NCBI GenBank assembly: GCA_001949185.1
Contig: BDGG01000002.1
Span: 2,911,826 to 2,975,825 of the forward strand
Reading direction: 5' to 3'
Length of the DNA stretch: 64,000 bases
From: Ramazzottius varieornatus
Lineage: Eukaryota > Animalia > Tardigrada
Position numbers and translations under genes: made by a program
Shown here: one piece after another, positions 1-13,142 of the stretch
How the letters are laid out: the number at the start of each line of letters is the position of its first letter
How positions within the stretch are numbered: position 1 is the stretch's first letter
Notes under the pieces: generated by a model
The model's input: only the letters and a program-made list of their open reading frames with translations
The model's database searches: none
What the model was told of the DNA's origin: nothing

Positions 1-71
1 AGAAAAAAAATATTCCATCGCAAAACTAATCGAAAGTAACAACTTCAACAACAATCAATAACGAACTGCGT

Positions 72-1694
72 CTACATGTTTTGAGAATGCGTGTCAAGTC
101 CAGATGACGTTCTTAAGATATCTTGTTCTTGCTTCTTTTCATCTTCCATGGATCTGTAGGAAGCTCCATATGATCCTGCTGTTTGGCCTGTGTGACCGGT
201 GCCATAAGGTGTATCGTAGTTTGATCCACCGGCATATGACCCGGGAGTGGCTGGAGCGTAGTTGCTGCCTCCTGCGTACGGCGACGGTCCGGCGTCGTAC
301 TGATCCCCTCTTTGCCGCCCAATGTTCCCTGAACTATACTGTGACGCATAGGCTGCAGGTGGTCGGTTCGGGTAGCTGGCATTCGCATAATTGTGGTAGG
401 AAAGACGGGCCATGGTTGAGTTTTTGTACTTGCTTGCTGAGAACATCGGTACTGCACCGAAGCCTATCCGGCAACAATGAATCCTATGCAACATGCATTG
501 ATATGATCAACCACCTTTGCAAAGTTAAAAGAAGAACCCGGCTACCATTCGATGTGGTAGTCCATGCTGAAAGGACTGATCTTCTTCGCAATACCGGTCA
601 TTGCATACCCCGATGCGCAGTAGATCAGCATGACGTTTGTCGCGTCATAGTATTCGCCTGCGCCACATGGCAAGAATTTTTTTCTGTACATGAAAAGGAT
701 TGAACATAGTTATGTGGATGATTTATACCGTATTGATCTCTGGTCGGCATGTAATAACAGGAGGCGTAGTCGACGTAGTACCCTATAATAAAAATGGTAT
801 AGCGACACCCTAACCCAATGTGACCGTGTAGACACCGTAACCTCGCGGGGTTCGACAGCATTTGTATGCATTGATGTCATCGACAATTTTACGGTTGACG
901 AAGAACTGCGACTCATCATCCCAGAAACCTAGCGAACAAAAGGTAGCGTTGGACGTAGCACCGGTGGTTATGAATTTGGACGAGAGGATCTACCGGTGAC
1001 GAAAGAGTCGACCGAGTTATCATGGTACTTTGGACTGTAGCAGTAAAACTGAAACGTGTAGTTCTTCACAAAGCAGCTGCAAAGAGAACACGATGTATGC
1101 TACCGGCAGCGTTCCCAAGTTCAGCCCTCACGAAGACCTTACTCGGGATAGTAAGGATACACCCCATTGGCAAATGGCTTATAGGGAAAAAGAAATTTGC
1201 ACCAGACGTTGACAATCTTCTGGAAGTCGTCCACGAGGTCCCTGTGGAGTGCGACAGATTAGGATGGTGCGCAAACAAGACAGTGAGAAACAAAAGGATG
1301 CCGGTTTGCTATTGATATATCGCATCTGTACTTACCCGATTCCGATTACGGCTTCTCCTGCTCTACAACAACAGTGTTCGTCATCAGTAAATCATGTCAG
1401 CAAGCTACAGTAGATAGCGACGCAGTGCTCCAACTTACCGTCCAAGCATTCCACATTCCACCTTCTTTTTCCATGATTGAGTCCCCCATGGGCGTGAAAT
1501 GTGTTTATTATCGTGTCACCCTGACAAACCAGAAACGAATTACTTCAGGGACCATACCTTCGTTCTGGTACTCTTACTGTTCCAAATACGGTATACGTTC
1601 CATAGTATCGATTGGTCGTAAGGACGAGAGGAATAGCAATAACGAAAATTCCAGTAGCAAAGACAAGAGCTGTCTTTAACTTCGGTGTTCCCAT
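72..1694 (-). CDS. Multi-exon secreted Cys-rich protein with dermatopontin-like repeats and a Gly/Tyr/Ser low-complexity tail
   Basis: Manual splicing across about 8 short GT-AG introns gives MGTPKLKTALVFATGIFVIAIPLVLT (signal peptide)...WNVECLDGEAVIGIGDLVDDFQKIVNVWCK...FYCYSPKYHDNSVDSFVTGFWDDE...AYKCCR...IYCASGYAMTGIAKKISPFSMDYHIEWIHCCRIG, then ORF 72..494. Three C-x-x-G...G-I/F...(W/Y)xC(C/K) units. Confidence 0.65.
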
Positions 1695-2219
1695 CCCGCC
1701 GATTTGCCTATTGAGCTTTTTCCTTGAACAATAGGAATTTGATAGCCATACCGGAATGAGCAGTAGGCGGATATAAAAGTGCTGTTCATCACGCCACGGG
1801 CCACGAAGAGCCTCAGCCACCGTCTTCAAGGCCACAGGCGAACCTGAAGTTCAGCTTTCCGATTATGCTCGCTACACGATCGACGAACTGAGACGCGCAA
1901 AGACACGAACAACTTGTCTATCGCAGATCATCGGAAATTTAACCGCCGCCATCGGAAGCGATCATACTGTGATGAGCCCCAATCAACAAAATAGCGAAAG
2001 AACTGGAGGACAATAATCTGAAACTGCCGGTTTGAAGATGTTTCGACATTTTTACCACGATGGACATCAGACGATATACAATACCGTCAATTCGCTGGCG
2101 TTCAACTTAGAAAAGTTGGTGGAAGATTTTGCACGAAGTATAATTTGAGAAGTTCACGGACTGTAAGACCGGACAGCTAGAATAAAAGACACCAGAAACA
2201 GAACTACGGGCTCGATAAG

Positions 2220-5200
2220 TTAGAGTATACTTTCGTTGATCAAGAACAGAACCATCTCTTTCTTAGACAAAATCCTGGGAATCTTAAGTTGGACAGCCGA
2301 AATGGGTGTGGTCTTCAGGATGAACTCGCGAAGGCGGTTGAATGCTCCTTGTTTCAGTGGGAAGATGCGGCACATTTCGATGTTGGTTGACGTACGATGC
2401 TTTTGGTAACTTGGGTGCTTGGAACGCATCCAGTTATCGTACTGCATAGAACAAAACAAGAGCCGGTAACGGGGTAACGTATCGGACTTAGTTTATCTGC
2501 TTCTGTAGAGGGCGTCGCGATGCAGTACCTTCTCGGTGAATTCCAATACGATTTGTTTCAGTTCGCCTTCGTCCGTGATGCTCGTGCCAAATTCCACGAA
2601 CAGGATGTGTCTCGCGCCGCTGTTGTTAACAGTATAGCCCGCGACGTCCAGCATGACGTTCTCGCAGCAGGTGTAGTCGACAACGCGTTCCAGCTTTGGT
2701 TCGAAGTCCCGGACCGCCTCCACCAAACCTTCGTAGATCAGGATTTCGGAAACTTTTTCTCCTCGAACACTCAAGTTTCCACCGGTCCTTAAAGATTGGG
2801 AAAGATGACGTTAAAGAACTTTGCTGCGCCACCGGAAAATCGCAGCATAGGTGGCGCCATCTTACCTTTGACGAAATTCAACGATGGGGACCTGGTTGTA
2901 AAAACTAACAACTCGAACAACATCCCCTATGAAAACATTTGAATCAACTGACCAAAACCAAACGGGCTTTTTCGGCGTTATTTTGCTTGTGTGCACTAGG
3001 TTTTTGAAGCTGCCTGATTTAGACGGAAGTAGCCGGCAACTCGCACTGGGGATCCAATACACCAAGCTTTGTGCCTTTTGCTACGATTTTTCGTACCCAT
3101 TCTATATCTGTTCAAATTTACGCCGGTAGTGACCACGAGTTCGTACTCCTTTCCAAGTTGTACCTACAACAGTTCAGTGTTAGATTACGATCCCGTGACA
3201 AGTAGCCAATCAAGAACTGGTGGCGCCATCTCGGACGCCGGGTTCACTCCGTGAGATCACCTGATCCATCAAGACTGTTTGAGGTTCCGCTTCGTTTATC
3301 AGCTCTACGGGGACAAACTCATAGAAGTTAATGTGGGGCAACAGTCCATAGCGAGGCACGGAGGAATGCGGCCAAAAGTTGAACCCGAAAAACCCTTCAG
3401 TGGCCGCGAAAACCATGGAGTAAATGATGATCTCTACAAAACCAAACCACATCAATGACTGGCCCTCTCTCGAATTACGATTGGTTTCTCTGTAAAAGTA
3501 AACAGTAGTATACCTGGTCCTCTGATGTATTTCTTTCGCAAGTATTGATAATAGATAGCGAAAGGGCCGGTCGTGATGCACAGGACGAACTTCAGCTCGG
3601 GCCAGATTCTGTGGGCAATGTCGTCCATACCTGCAGAGACCTCCTTTAGTAATTTTAAGGGTGGTGCGTATTTTGGGCGTGGCGATTGATTGGACCGACC
3701 TTTCTCGAATTCTTCCTCAAGTTCGTCAGCACGCATTGGATCAGGCTCCATCTGGTCTTCCAGCTTCTGCCGTATGTCTTGCGGGATGTCCAGGTTCTTG
3801 TTAAACTTGCCCATTCGGATGTCCTGAACCAGCGAAGGCCATTCTTCTTCCATTCGTTTAAAGACGAAGTAAACGTTAGAGGCAAAAGTGCCGTCCATGG
3901 CACCCAGATCCCGATACTTCAGGGCAAACATCAGCTGAACGTAGGTCCCCACCGTCAAGTCGGCAATCTGGAAGGCGGTGCTGGGGCTGGTGAATATCTC
4001 ACCCATCCTCTTCCACATCGGGTTCGATGTGATGGGCCCAATGTCCACACCGGGAACCTTTGTTGGCTTCAGTACACCGGGGTGTGTGTAGTTCAGCTTG
4101 AACAACTGAAAGAAAGAAATGGTGTAAAAAGCTACCCTGCTTCCCTGTTCATCACGCGTTTCGGAGAGTGTCTGAATTATGATGGATTTCGTCGATAAAA
4201 CTGAGCTACTTGACACCATCCACGTCAGTTCGACAATCCAAACGAGGATCACTCTATTTCGGTCCCTGTCGATAGTTTTCCGGAAGGATATCAATTTTGG
4301 CCGGACTTTTGGGACGTGGGGAAATGTGTTGAACTAGATCTTAATCTCATCAAGTAACGCGCAGTGTCATTGTGATTCGCCTAGCGTGTGCGTTACTTGG
4401 GAAAACGGTCTAGTTTAATCCTTCGAACAAGTAGCTCCGTTTGAGAAAATAGAATCAAAATGCTGATTTACCGGTCGCAAGCGATGCGATTTTTCCCAGG
4501 GTAAGTAGCGTTCGGCGTTGAACGAAAACAGCCCATACAATCCCAGATGTTGCTTCATCATCCATTTGGTGAAAGGGAGGACAGCTGGTACGCCGGTGGT
4601 TCCTGAGGTCGTGCCGAAGAATACTGGCTCGGATGCGGTAAGCACGTTCTTCTCCCCATTCTTCATACGTTCGATGTAGGGGGCGTAGTGGCTGAACTTT
4701 GTCAGTGGGTGCATTCGAGTGAAGTCCGACGAGTTGTTGACACTTGCCAGCTTGTGATCTTTGGAATAGTCAGTATCGGCATTTATCTTGAGGAAGTTCT
4801 GCAGCGTCTCCTCCTGCCACTTGCGCACGTCGAAGCTCTTCTTGTGGTAGTACCAACTGTAGTAGCAGCCGACAATATAGAACAATTTTGTCATGGCGTA
4901 CTGTTTCAGCGCCACCTTCAGCTTCCAGTTAGGGTCCCATTTTCGAAGGAAGTCCACCGCGAAATACAACAGCGTCAGCAGGAAGCCCACTGAAAATGAA
5001 TCAAACGATCCATAACGAAAATTACAGAAAACCTTTTGGACCAATACAATAATTCGGACGTCCGCAGATGACTTGAACAGGACATCTTTTCCAAGTGGCG
5101 CAGGTTTCCATTCAATAATAACGAAAGCTTGCGCCACTTGAGATGAAAATAATATGCGCTTCGTTTGCCGACACCCTAATTGTGGTTAACTTACCGCCAA

Positions 5201-5363
5201 CGAGCAGCAAAAACGGGATAAAATACAGCAGGAAAGCGAATCCGGCGGCTGTCATGGCCGCATATCCATAGTTGAAGGGTACTGCCAGGGAGTGGTTTCC
5301 GGTGGAAAGCTGTTGAACAAACTGGGCGGTTGATTCAATCAGGGACATACGTCTGCCCTGCAT
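2220..5363 (-). CDS. GH3 domain-containing protein (GHDC / acyl-adenylate amido-synthetase family), multi-exon
   Basis: Motifs FFGTTSGTTG (ORF 4415..5137), YSMVFAATEGFFG and FYEFVP (3210..3581), YELVVTTG..NRYRMGDVVRV (about 3160-2900), SVRGEKVSE (2493..2774) and QLKIPRIL (2220..2459) occur in GH3 order. N-terminal hydrophobic exon at 5112..5378. Confidence 0.9.
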
Positions 5364-6048
5364 GGCAGCAACGCCCACGAAGGACCCTCGCCTGTCCGCC
5401 CCTCGCCTGTAAAGTAGGTCCTGTCACGCTCTTTGCCCGAGGTAAGGAAAGAGAACACCTACCTGGACGCCATCCTGATCTGCTCAGAAGTTTCTGTATT
5501 TCTCGAAGAGCCGGCAAGTAAGAAGGAGCAAGCCCTGTAAAAATTACCCTTCCATTCACGCCGCGGAAAAGTTAGCGCTAGGTATCTGGACTTTCGGTTC
5601 GAAAATCGTTTTCGATGAGTAGTTCAACAACACTTTCGATATGAAGTAGATTACTCACTTATTTTCTAGTGAACCTAATTGTTCGCTCGCCGGTAATCTT
5701 ATCGTTAGTTTTGCTTTTGGATATCACATTATACGTAACTACAAGTCAGTACAAGTCACTTTCATCAGCCCCAGTCTCCATCAGAACCGTACAGGTGATG
5801 TGATGATCAATCTCAATATTTGTGCTGTACTAGTAGCAGTTCAACCCGGTTGCAAGTGATTTTTATTCTTTACGGTCGTAGCTTATCGTTCATGGGCGAA
5901 CAAGAGAACAGCTTTTCGGCGTAAGCAAATTGTACTTACGCCGAAAAGCTTTAGCTTCAGTGAAACTGATAAATACACTTCAGCCACCAGAAACAGATAT
6001 TTGATGTGAGCTATGATAAGTAATGTACGCAGTGACATTCCTCGTGAG

Positions 6049-6494
6049 TTATCCAAGAGTCCAGGCTTGGTAGCTGTTAGGAGAGATGCTACGGGGCTTC
6101 TGACAGGGAACGGGCCTTGAAACGGCACCCAAGCACCGTACGATCGGTTTCTTCGGTTGCCCACTGAATATATCGGTCCAACGTCGCAGCAGCTTCACCT
6201 TAGCGTCGAAGTTGCTTTGCTCTGCGAAGAAGAACAACACTTGAGTTTGAAAGTTTCACCACTCAAATTGGTAAACAAACAGGCAGTACTGTACGTACTT
6301 ATGATATTTTCTATTTATATAATATTTCTACCCCAATCTGGACTTCAGAAAATGCACGCACACCCTAATTTACCGGGCGGCTCGACATCGCCATGGTCCA
6401 TCATCAAATACGCTTCCGCGTTCCATGCGAGTCTGCTACCAAACAGAATTGCCACCACCAGCAGCACAAAGACAGAGACCGTCGTCGAAACCAT
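6049..6494 (-). CDS. Small two-exon secreted prepropeptide (about 98 aa), candidate neuropeptide precursor
   Basis: Exon 1 6494-6374 MVSTTVSVFVLLVVAILFGSRLAWNAEA-YLMMDHGDVEPP with GTAAAT donor. Exon 2 6221-6049 after TTCTTCGCAG is in matching phase: EQSNFDAKVKLLRR-WTDIFSGQPKKPIVRCLGAVSRPVPCQKPR-SISPNSYQAWTLG-stop. An in-frame upstream ATG lies at 6524. Confidence 0.6.
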
Positions 6495-8736
6495 GCTGTT
6501 GCGGATCTTCTCGAATAAACTCATGCAGTGTAATTCAGCAGGCTTTTTATATGGTACCGAAGCACCAACTCATCTCCTATTGATATTTTCTGGCATGTGA
6601 CGATGTTCATCATCTTTCTCGGTTCAACTACGGTTGAAGGATTCAATCTGCGTCCAGTGGGTATCCTATAACCCGCCTCCTGCGTCATATGTAAGTGTAG
6701 AACAAGATTGTTGCTTTTGCCCGCCAAATTGCATAACGCATCATAATTATAATCCACCTGGTTTGTGCCTCTAGTTCAACACCTCGGTCGGAACCTGTAT
6801 ACGTCAATGCTAGAGGTTAATGGAACCGGACAAAGCAGAAATCGGGACGAGCCCTGCACGAAGAAGCTCTGAAATAGATCTGAAACAGCTTCGTGTACAT
6901 GCATGCCCGCTTCACCATGGACAGGCTATCTCACCTCGAGCTCTCTCGGGAACCCGGCACTGGCGCCTAAATTTCAGATCAGATGTCCTTTAACTCCATA
7001 TGTTAGCTGAGCCAGCACCTGCGTCGAGCAGCGTTATTTCTGACAAGATTTGTTCCATGCTATTCTGCTTGAGTTTCGATTAGATATCCGGTACGAGGAG
7101 GCCGGTAAGGAGTTATCCAGGCATCGAACCAAGAACCTCGAAGGAGGCTTATCTGATTTCATATCTTCTTTGGAAGGAAGGTGGGTCAGGCGCAATATTA
7201 TAAAAGCCTACAGGTTGATTATGATTGCTTCGACGGACTTTGAAGTGCTACAAAAAATTCTGCGATACTCGCTCCATTGTCAAATTCTGTCCCGAGATTG
7301 CTCAGGCTCCCAAATCTTTGTATGAAAATCTAGTGCACATCGGATGACCGGGAAGAAAGCAAGTTGGGAAATGTCGCAGGTACCAGGAAATCGAGGGTCG
7401 GTTTTAGACTGAAGCTTTGGCTCATTTGAGATTTGTTCGCAACTGGACCAAGCTTTGAAAAAAAATCCGCTGATGCTGTTTTGCTCAGACCGCATCTCGG
7501 CACAGGAATGGAGGACCGCTTTTCGTATTTTTTCGTATTTAAGAAAACTGTGACAATTAAACGAGTTGGAAAGCAAAAAAGGGAAATTGTTTAATGAACT
7601 AGTTTTATTTCCTTATTTGAAAGTGAGTAAAAAGCTTTCGATTTATTTTTATAATACAGCTTTGGCATTTATCTTTTGTGGAAAATCGGTCCCGGGCAAC
7701 TCGACAGTCTGGCTCGCCCGGAACGAATATTTTGTTGACTAGGGCCAGTTTTCGTCGGTAAAATGAGTGGTTTTCTGTCAATCGTTCTAGCCAAGCAATT
7801 GAAGTTATGACCATGAAATATATGCATAGCTGAAGATCCAAAAATGGTCTGTATAACGGGTGGAGGCACGACTTTGTCAGAAACAAATTACTACGGATTT
7901 ATAAAATCCGTCGAAGCGATATGAATCAATCTGTGTCTAATGTATCCAGATAAAGCAATCAGCTATAAGAAACTACGATTCGTGGATACTTCCGTGCCGC
8001 AATTTTCACTGGATAGGTTCAGGCCGGCTGGTCTGTACGGCACGGCGTCGATGCACCTCCCAAAAAATTGACCTTTCGGCAAAACCTGTTTGCACCTTCG
8101 TCGTCTGAGCGACAGACCTTTTAATCACATGAGCTTTCTGTTCTACGGTCTTTTTAAAGGCACACGAAAGCGTTTCGGCCATGAAGCCTGTTGTCTCCGG
8201 AGCCAAAAGGCAAGAATTTTTCTTGGCGGAGCCTTCCGGGTTCTGACCAAGAAGCTCTTGGCTTCTGCAGTTCTTCTATTGTTGACTGTACACGAACATC
8301 CTGTCTGTCGGACAGCAATGGAGCACGCGTGGCAAATCTGTACGTAGTCCGAATCGAGAAAGAAGACTGACAGGCCAAAGCTGTAGCCCAAAAGAGCCTC
8401 TGCACATCCGTAAAGTAAGGTTGTTTGTCATCTACATGTTATCGAGCTGTTTGGTTCGCAATAATTAACTCTCTTTGCCGTTTTCTCAAACCGAAAAGTT
8501 CAGTACAAATTGGTTACAAGTGGCCTCTGCCTCACAGTACATCCCCTAGCAGTATAGAACTACAGTGCCTTGCCTTCTACAAACAACGGCGTGCAAAAAT
8601 GCGGTCCAATTCAGCAGCCACCGTAGATAGGCGGAGCTTACCCATCAACAGTTGCGCCGAAGGTAGGGAGTCAGGCCGTAATCTGGCGTTTTCCGAATAA
8701 TCAATTGCAGGAGTACTCTAATCCTATTGACGCCGA

Positions 8737-8808
8737 TACCTGCTCAAAATATCGTTTGACCACAATACCGACCAATGAGTAGGGCGCGACCAAAATGTTA
8801 ACTGACTT
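8737..8808 (+). repeat. Dispersed repeat fragment matching 63597-63668
   Basis: TACCTGCTCAAAATATCGTTTGAC...GACCAAAATGTTAACTGACTT is shared with the copy at the end of the window. Confidence 0.75.
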
Positions 8809-8874
8809 TTATGAGAAAGATTTTTCCAGGGAATAAGTCTGTTTATATCGCATGACGCCATGTTGTTTCTGGTA

Positions 8875-9510
8875 CACAAACGACGAGATATTATGGGCCA
8901 GTAAAAATTACGGGCCAGGCGGAAAAGACGGCAAACTTAAAATTTGTATGAAAGTCAGAAAAAGAAATCGGATAAATGAAGTAACGTAGTAAAATTCAAC
9001 CGTAGAAAATTGTCACGGACAGTGGCCATCAGCCGATCAGCTGTTTTGCCCTAAGACTTCAACACTGCTGTGTATAGCTATTCGACTTTCTCTCGGAGAA
9101 GCTCTGGACTCCTTGTCCCGATATCCATTCCGTAATCGTTTTTGCAAATGTCCCAGCCTCACAAGACCAAGCGGCATCGACGATACACCGAAGAAGCTCT
9201 GAAGGATGTTCTGTCTGCTGTCGAGAAAGGAATGACACTGCGCGAAGCAGCTTCAGTCTTTAAAGTTCCGTACACCGCCGTCAAACGTTATGGCGAAGAT
9301 ACCTCACCGAAGAAGATCGGTCGAGAAAGAGAGCTGAATACTTCCGAAGAAATTAATCTGACAACTGTTAGCTCCTCGGCTCAATATCAAGCACGTACGT
9401 ATAGCCGGGCAGCTGGTTTTCACTTGTAGCAAGAATCACCTGCCTGTACCGCCGTAGCGGAAGGGCCTGGTCCGTGAATTTTACTGGCCCATAATATCCC
9501 GTCGTTCGTG
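8875..9510 (+). mobile_element. Internally deleted pogo/Fot1-like DNA transposon retaining an HTH_psq-type N-terminal fragment
   Basis: About 45-bp imperfect TIRs (CACAAACGACGAGATATTATGGGCCAGTAAAA... / ...TTTTACTGGCCCATAATATCCCGTCGTTCGTG) with TA on both sides. Internal ORF 9142..9429 RRYTEEALKDVLSAVEKGMTLREAASVFKVPYTAV is a pipsqueak-type HTH. Confidence 0.85.
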
Positions 9511-10619
9511 TACCCTCTTTGCGCGCGTGCTATAGCATAATTCTATACCTCATCTTTCGAGAAAAGCGCCACAGCAGGGAGCAAGGCTTTATTAACCTCT
9601 GGCACCAGCGTGCCGGTAAACATGATAATATATGCTACTGTATAAAGGCGAAATCGGCTGAGAACCTCCACACATAAAAACAGGAACGGGCGGATGTGAG
9701 TAAGAAGAGTAAGCGAATGAAGAAAACAACTTCGTGCAACGCTACAAGAAGGCAGCGAAAGTACGGCTATACAATGAAGCAGGAAGTACCACGCTGTACT
9801 TAGGTAAGAGTACTCGCAAACAGAAGAGGGGAAGGCTATTCGCTATATGATTATAAACAGATTTTGCAGTCCTCAAAATCTTCCTCGTCATTGGTCTTAT
9901 CTCGTTTCTATCAATGATGCCTGTAATTGCCTGTAATTTTCCATGACAGCTTTACACTATATACTCTGTATCAACTGTTGCAGCGATTGTGGAAATTCAT
10001 TCGCAATTTTTTTCTTGTCCCACCCGCCCACTTCCGTAGGTTTCACTGGGCCGCAGTGCGTCCGTTAGGGCATGTATGCAAATTACCTCTTTGTTCTCAC
10101 GCGCATTTATTGCATTAAGCGCAAATAAGAAATGGTAATGTACTGTACGTGCGCAAGGTAGAAATACACCTGAATCCTGATGGGCCATCCTGAGGTGCTC
10201 GCTACTCGTCTCAGATTACCACTTCGTATTGCAGCTCATTAGGAAGGATCGTTACGAGGAGAACATAGCAGACTTTTTCCATGCGAAATCACATGTCCAA
10301 CTTGTCAGCGTCGAGTATAACGAAGTACTGGGTCGTCTTGCTTTTTTATCGGTTCTTTAGATAGCGAAACCTCGTGGAATCTAACCGTACTGGTCCGGGT
10401 TTAAGTCTTGTCGGGTTCAACAGGGAGAGAGGTTTCTCTAATATTGAAAAGCCTGTGAGAAAAGTTTTCAGAGAGCCTCTAGGGGCGTGCGTGTCGCGTT
10501 TCGTTAAGTTGTGGGAGGTAAGGCAATGGGACGTGTCGCCACCGCGCGGCCTGAAAGCTGACAAGGTCGCCATGCAATTTTGCATTGACAAGTCCGCTGT
10601 GTTCTCCTCGTATATTAAC

Positions 10620-10945
10620 CAGTCATGTGGCTAACTGAGGTGTACATCGTCTGCTCACATTCCCGATGGTGCAGAATACCGATCAGTCATTGGGTCATAT
10701 CCATAACTTGCGATGCGTTTTGGTGGCCGTGACGCTTTTGAACAATGTTATTTGACACCGAAGTTCATTTTCAAAGATTCCCAAAGGTTTTATTAAGAGC
10801 CGTTGGGTGTTTTGATGTATTTCACGGAGCGATATACTGTATCGGTTAATATTATGGAGAGTGCTCCGCACACCGCTGAAAACCACGATTGTCTCTGCAC
10901 ACCACCATTCACCACTGTAGTCTCTTAATATCACCATTTCCCCAC
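10620..10945 (+). repeat. Dispersed repeat or duplication, near-identical to 63680-64000
   Basis: Direct nucleotide similarity; both copies carry the same minus-strand ORF (RDYSGEWWCAETIVVF...KTHRKLWI). Confidence 0.9.
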
Positions 10946-11229
10946 CGTTTGTGTGTACGTACCACCTTTCGTTCACCACCGTTCGTTATTTAGAAGTGGA
11001 AGAAGTTGTGGTACGACAACGACGTATTCCATTAAGAAGCCGAATCTCGAACCTACACCTTTGAAGTAGCTCTTGCCGACTACAGAAGAGGACGATCACA
11101 ACGTTCAAAGTGAAAAAAATTTCCACTTCTGTTTTGGTTGCATGGTCGATGACGTAACGAACAATTGCTTCGCCTCGATGTTTGCACAACGCAATAACGC
11201 AATCAATCCCCCGCTTGGTTGCGTGTCTT

Positions 11230-11455
11230 CCAGCCTAACCGGATCGCTAGTTCGTCAGAAAAGAAAGCTGATTTCACGATAGCAGGCTGCACCTGGATTT
11301 TATGCCAATTTTATGGCCTTTTTGGTCAGAAACCTGCCAAAATCAGATAAAAAGCTGATTAGACGCCGATTACAAGCTCAGTCAAATCAGATTTCGTGCG
11401 TAGGACCCATGAATGGAGAACTTTAGAGCAGGGACCAAGAACCCGACTGGGCTGG
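11230..11455. mobile_element. Non-autonomous element with CCAGCC termini and 2-bp TSD (CMC/EnSpm-like MITE), copy 1
   Basis: Reverse-complement match to 35890-36118; ends CCAGCC...GGCTGG, flanked by TT/TT. Confidence 0.75.
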
Positions 11456-11953
11456 TTTCCTTCCAAGGCGAGGTACAGCAGCTCATCAGTTTCCCGAGAT
11501 TTCTAGCGGTACGAGGTACTTATGTAAAAGTCACAGAGTATACGTATTATACGTGATTCTCGAGTCTCGACGTAGTGTAAGTGTAATGTGTAGAACCCGT
11601 TCGCCACAATATTCCCGCCACCGTGAGATCGAATGTTAGCCATTCCGGGAAAATCAAGAGGTTGGGGAGGTTGGAGTGGTTGGAGGTTTGGTAGTGGAGA
11701 AGAGTCTGATGAGCTCGGCGAAGAGTTCGGAAGCGCTCTAGATCTAGCCGAGTGCTAAGCCGCGTCGCCCACAACGTTGACGGTGAATTTATCAGGAGCA
11801 AAACGAAGCAAAAGGTTCCTGACTCGCGAACGGTATGTGCCTGGACTTGCGGGGTCCAGATGACGCACTCAGAACGTGGACTAGTGCCTAGTAGTAACCT
11901 AGTGCTGCCATCTGGTGAGTTATGGTGAGCCATAACCACTCTAACCAGGCACG

Positions 11954-12024
11954 AGGACCTGGCCTATGCGGCACGGCCTTGACAGAGAAGTTCGACTCAA
12001 GGCCGTGCTGCATAGGATGGTCCT
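11954..12024 (+). other. Strong about 70-nt stem-loop (pre-miRNA-like or MITE remnant)
   Basis: CCTATGCGGCACGGCCTTGA pairs with TCAAGGCCGTGCTGCATAGG (19/20 Watson-Crick; the other pair is G:U on the + strand), 14-nt loop, outer AGGACC/GGTCCT. Confidence 0.5.
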
Positions 12025-13142
12025 TTTCCCTGTCTCTAATTTTCAAGGAGTGAAATACTCATTCCCATACGATGTTGGCCACGACCGGATCATTCGCTAA
12101 ATTTTCTCTCCATTGCCACTACTACCGCTGGCGCCGCCCTGCAGAATAAGATCAAGAAGTTGCTGTACGCCATCATCCTCAGCGAGTACCTTACCCGCCC
12201 AAGTTTTCCCCCACCTAACCCGCCCCAAAGAAAAAGCGGCTCGCCATAATTTCCCGTGCACTTCACGCTGAGTTTAAAGCTTAGTAAAAGCTGTCGCTAT
12301 GACGTTATCTGAGCTTAAACTGAGTATATTCGAATTTTACGCTCATTTCATGCTCATTTCTAGCTGAAAAATCAGGGAACTTTTGACTTTCCGAATAACT
12401 GTTTTGGGAGACAGTGGGAACTGAGAACTGGCTAGGGCGGGAACCCACGTTTTTGCTGAACCTGCCTGGACTGGTCAAACCGAAAACCTATTCGAGTCCT
12501 TCGTGGAGGGATGAAACGGTCAATAATTAATCGACTCGAAAACTGGTCTGAAGAGCGGCTTGGCAATGCCCCAAGTACCCGAGGTTTGACCAGCTCATCG
12601 TCCATCATGTTAATAGCATGTCCGAGAAGTTCCGATGTCCCGATATATCGACAAGCTTCACGCCCACAAGCACTGAGGATTTCTCGGGGGACGAGCTGGT
12701 GGTAACGGGGGATACGGACAATCCACGCCATCGGGCCAACGATTTGCTGTATAGCTCCAAAACCCAGAGGGACTTGATGAACCACAGAATTGTCTATACT
12801 TGGAACAGACGAAGGAACAACCGAAGTGGCGCTCGACCAAACACTCGTCGCATTGAAAAATGAGAGAAGTCACAATAATAAAAAAAAGAAGGTTTCTGTT
12901 AAAAATCTCTGCGTAGGCTTTCGTGTTCAAAACGCGGCTTTCCATTACTTTTCCCGTTACATTCTGTTGGTTAGAGAACCAATCTTCTGTTGTTTCCCGT
13001 GAACAGCACGCGCAGAAGCTCGTGAAAAATGCCCGAACTGTCATTCATGTCGGCGTACACTAGTGCCTGCAGCTGGCACTTTGGCGGATCGCCTGTCTCT
13101 GGTAATACCGACAAATCCCCGAAAAACAACTCGTAATGGGTA

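Noticed and set aside
104-703. 199-aa plus-strand ORF
   Set aside because: Antisense shadow of the spliced minus-strand gene.
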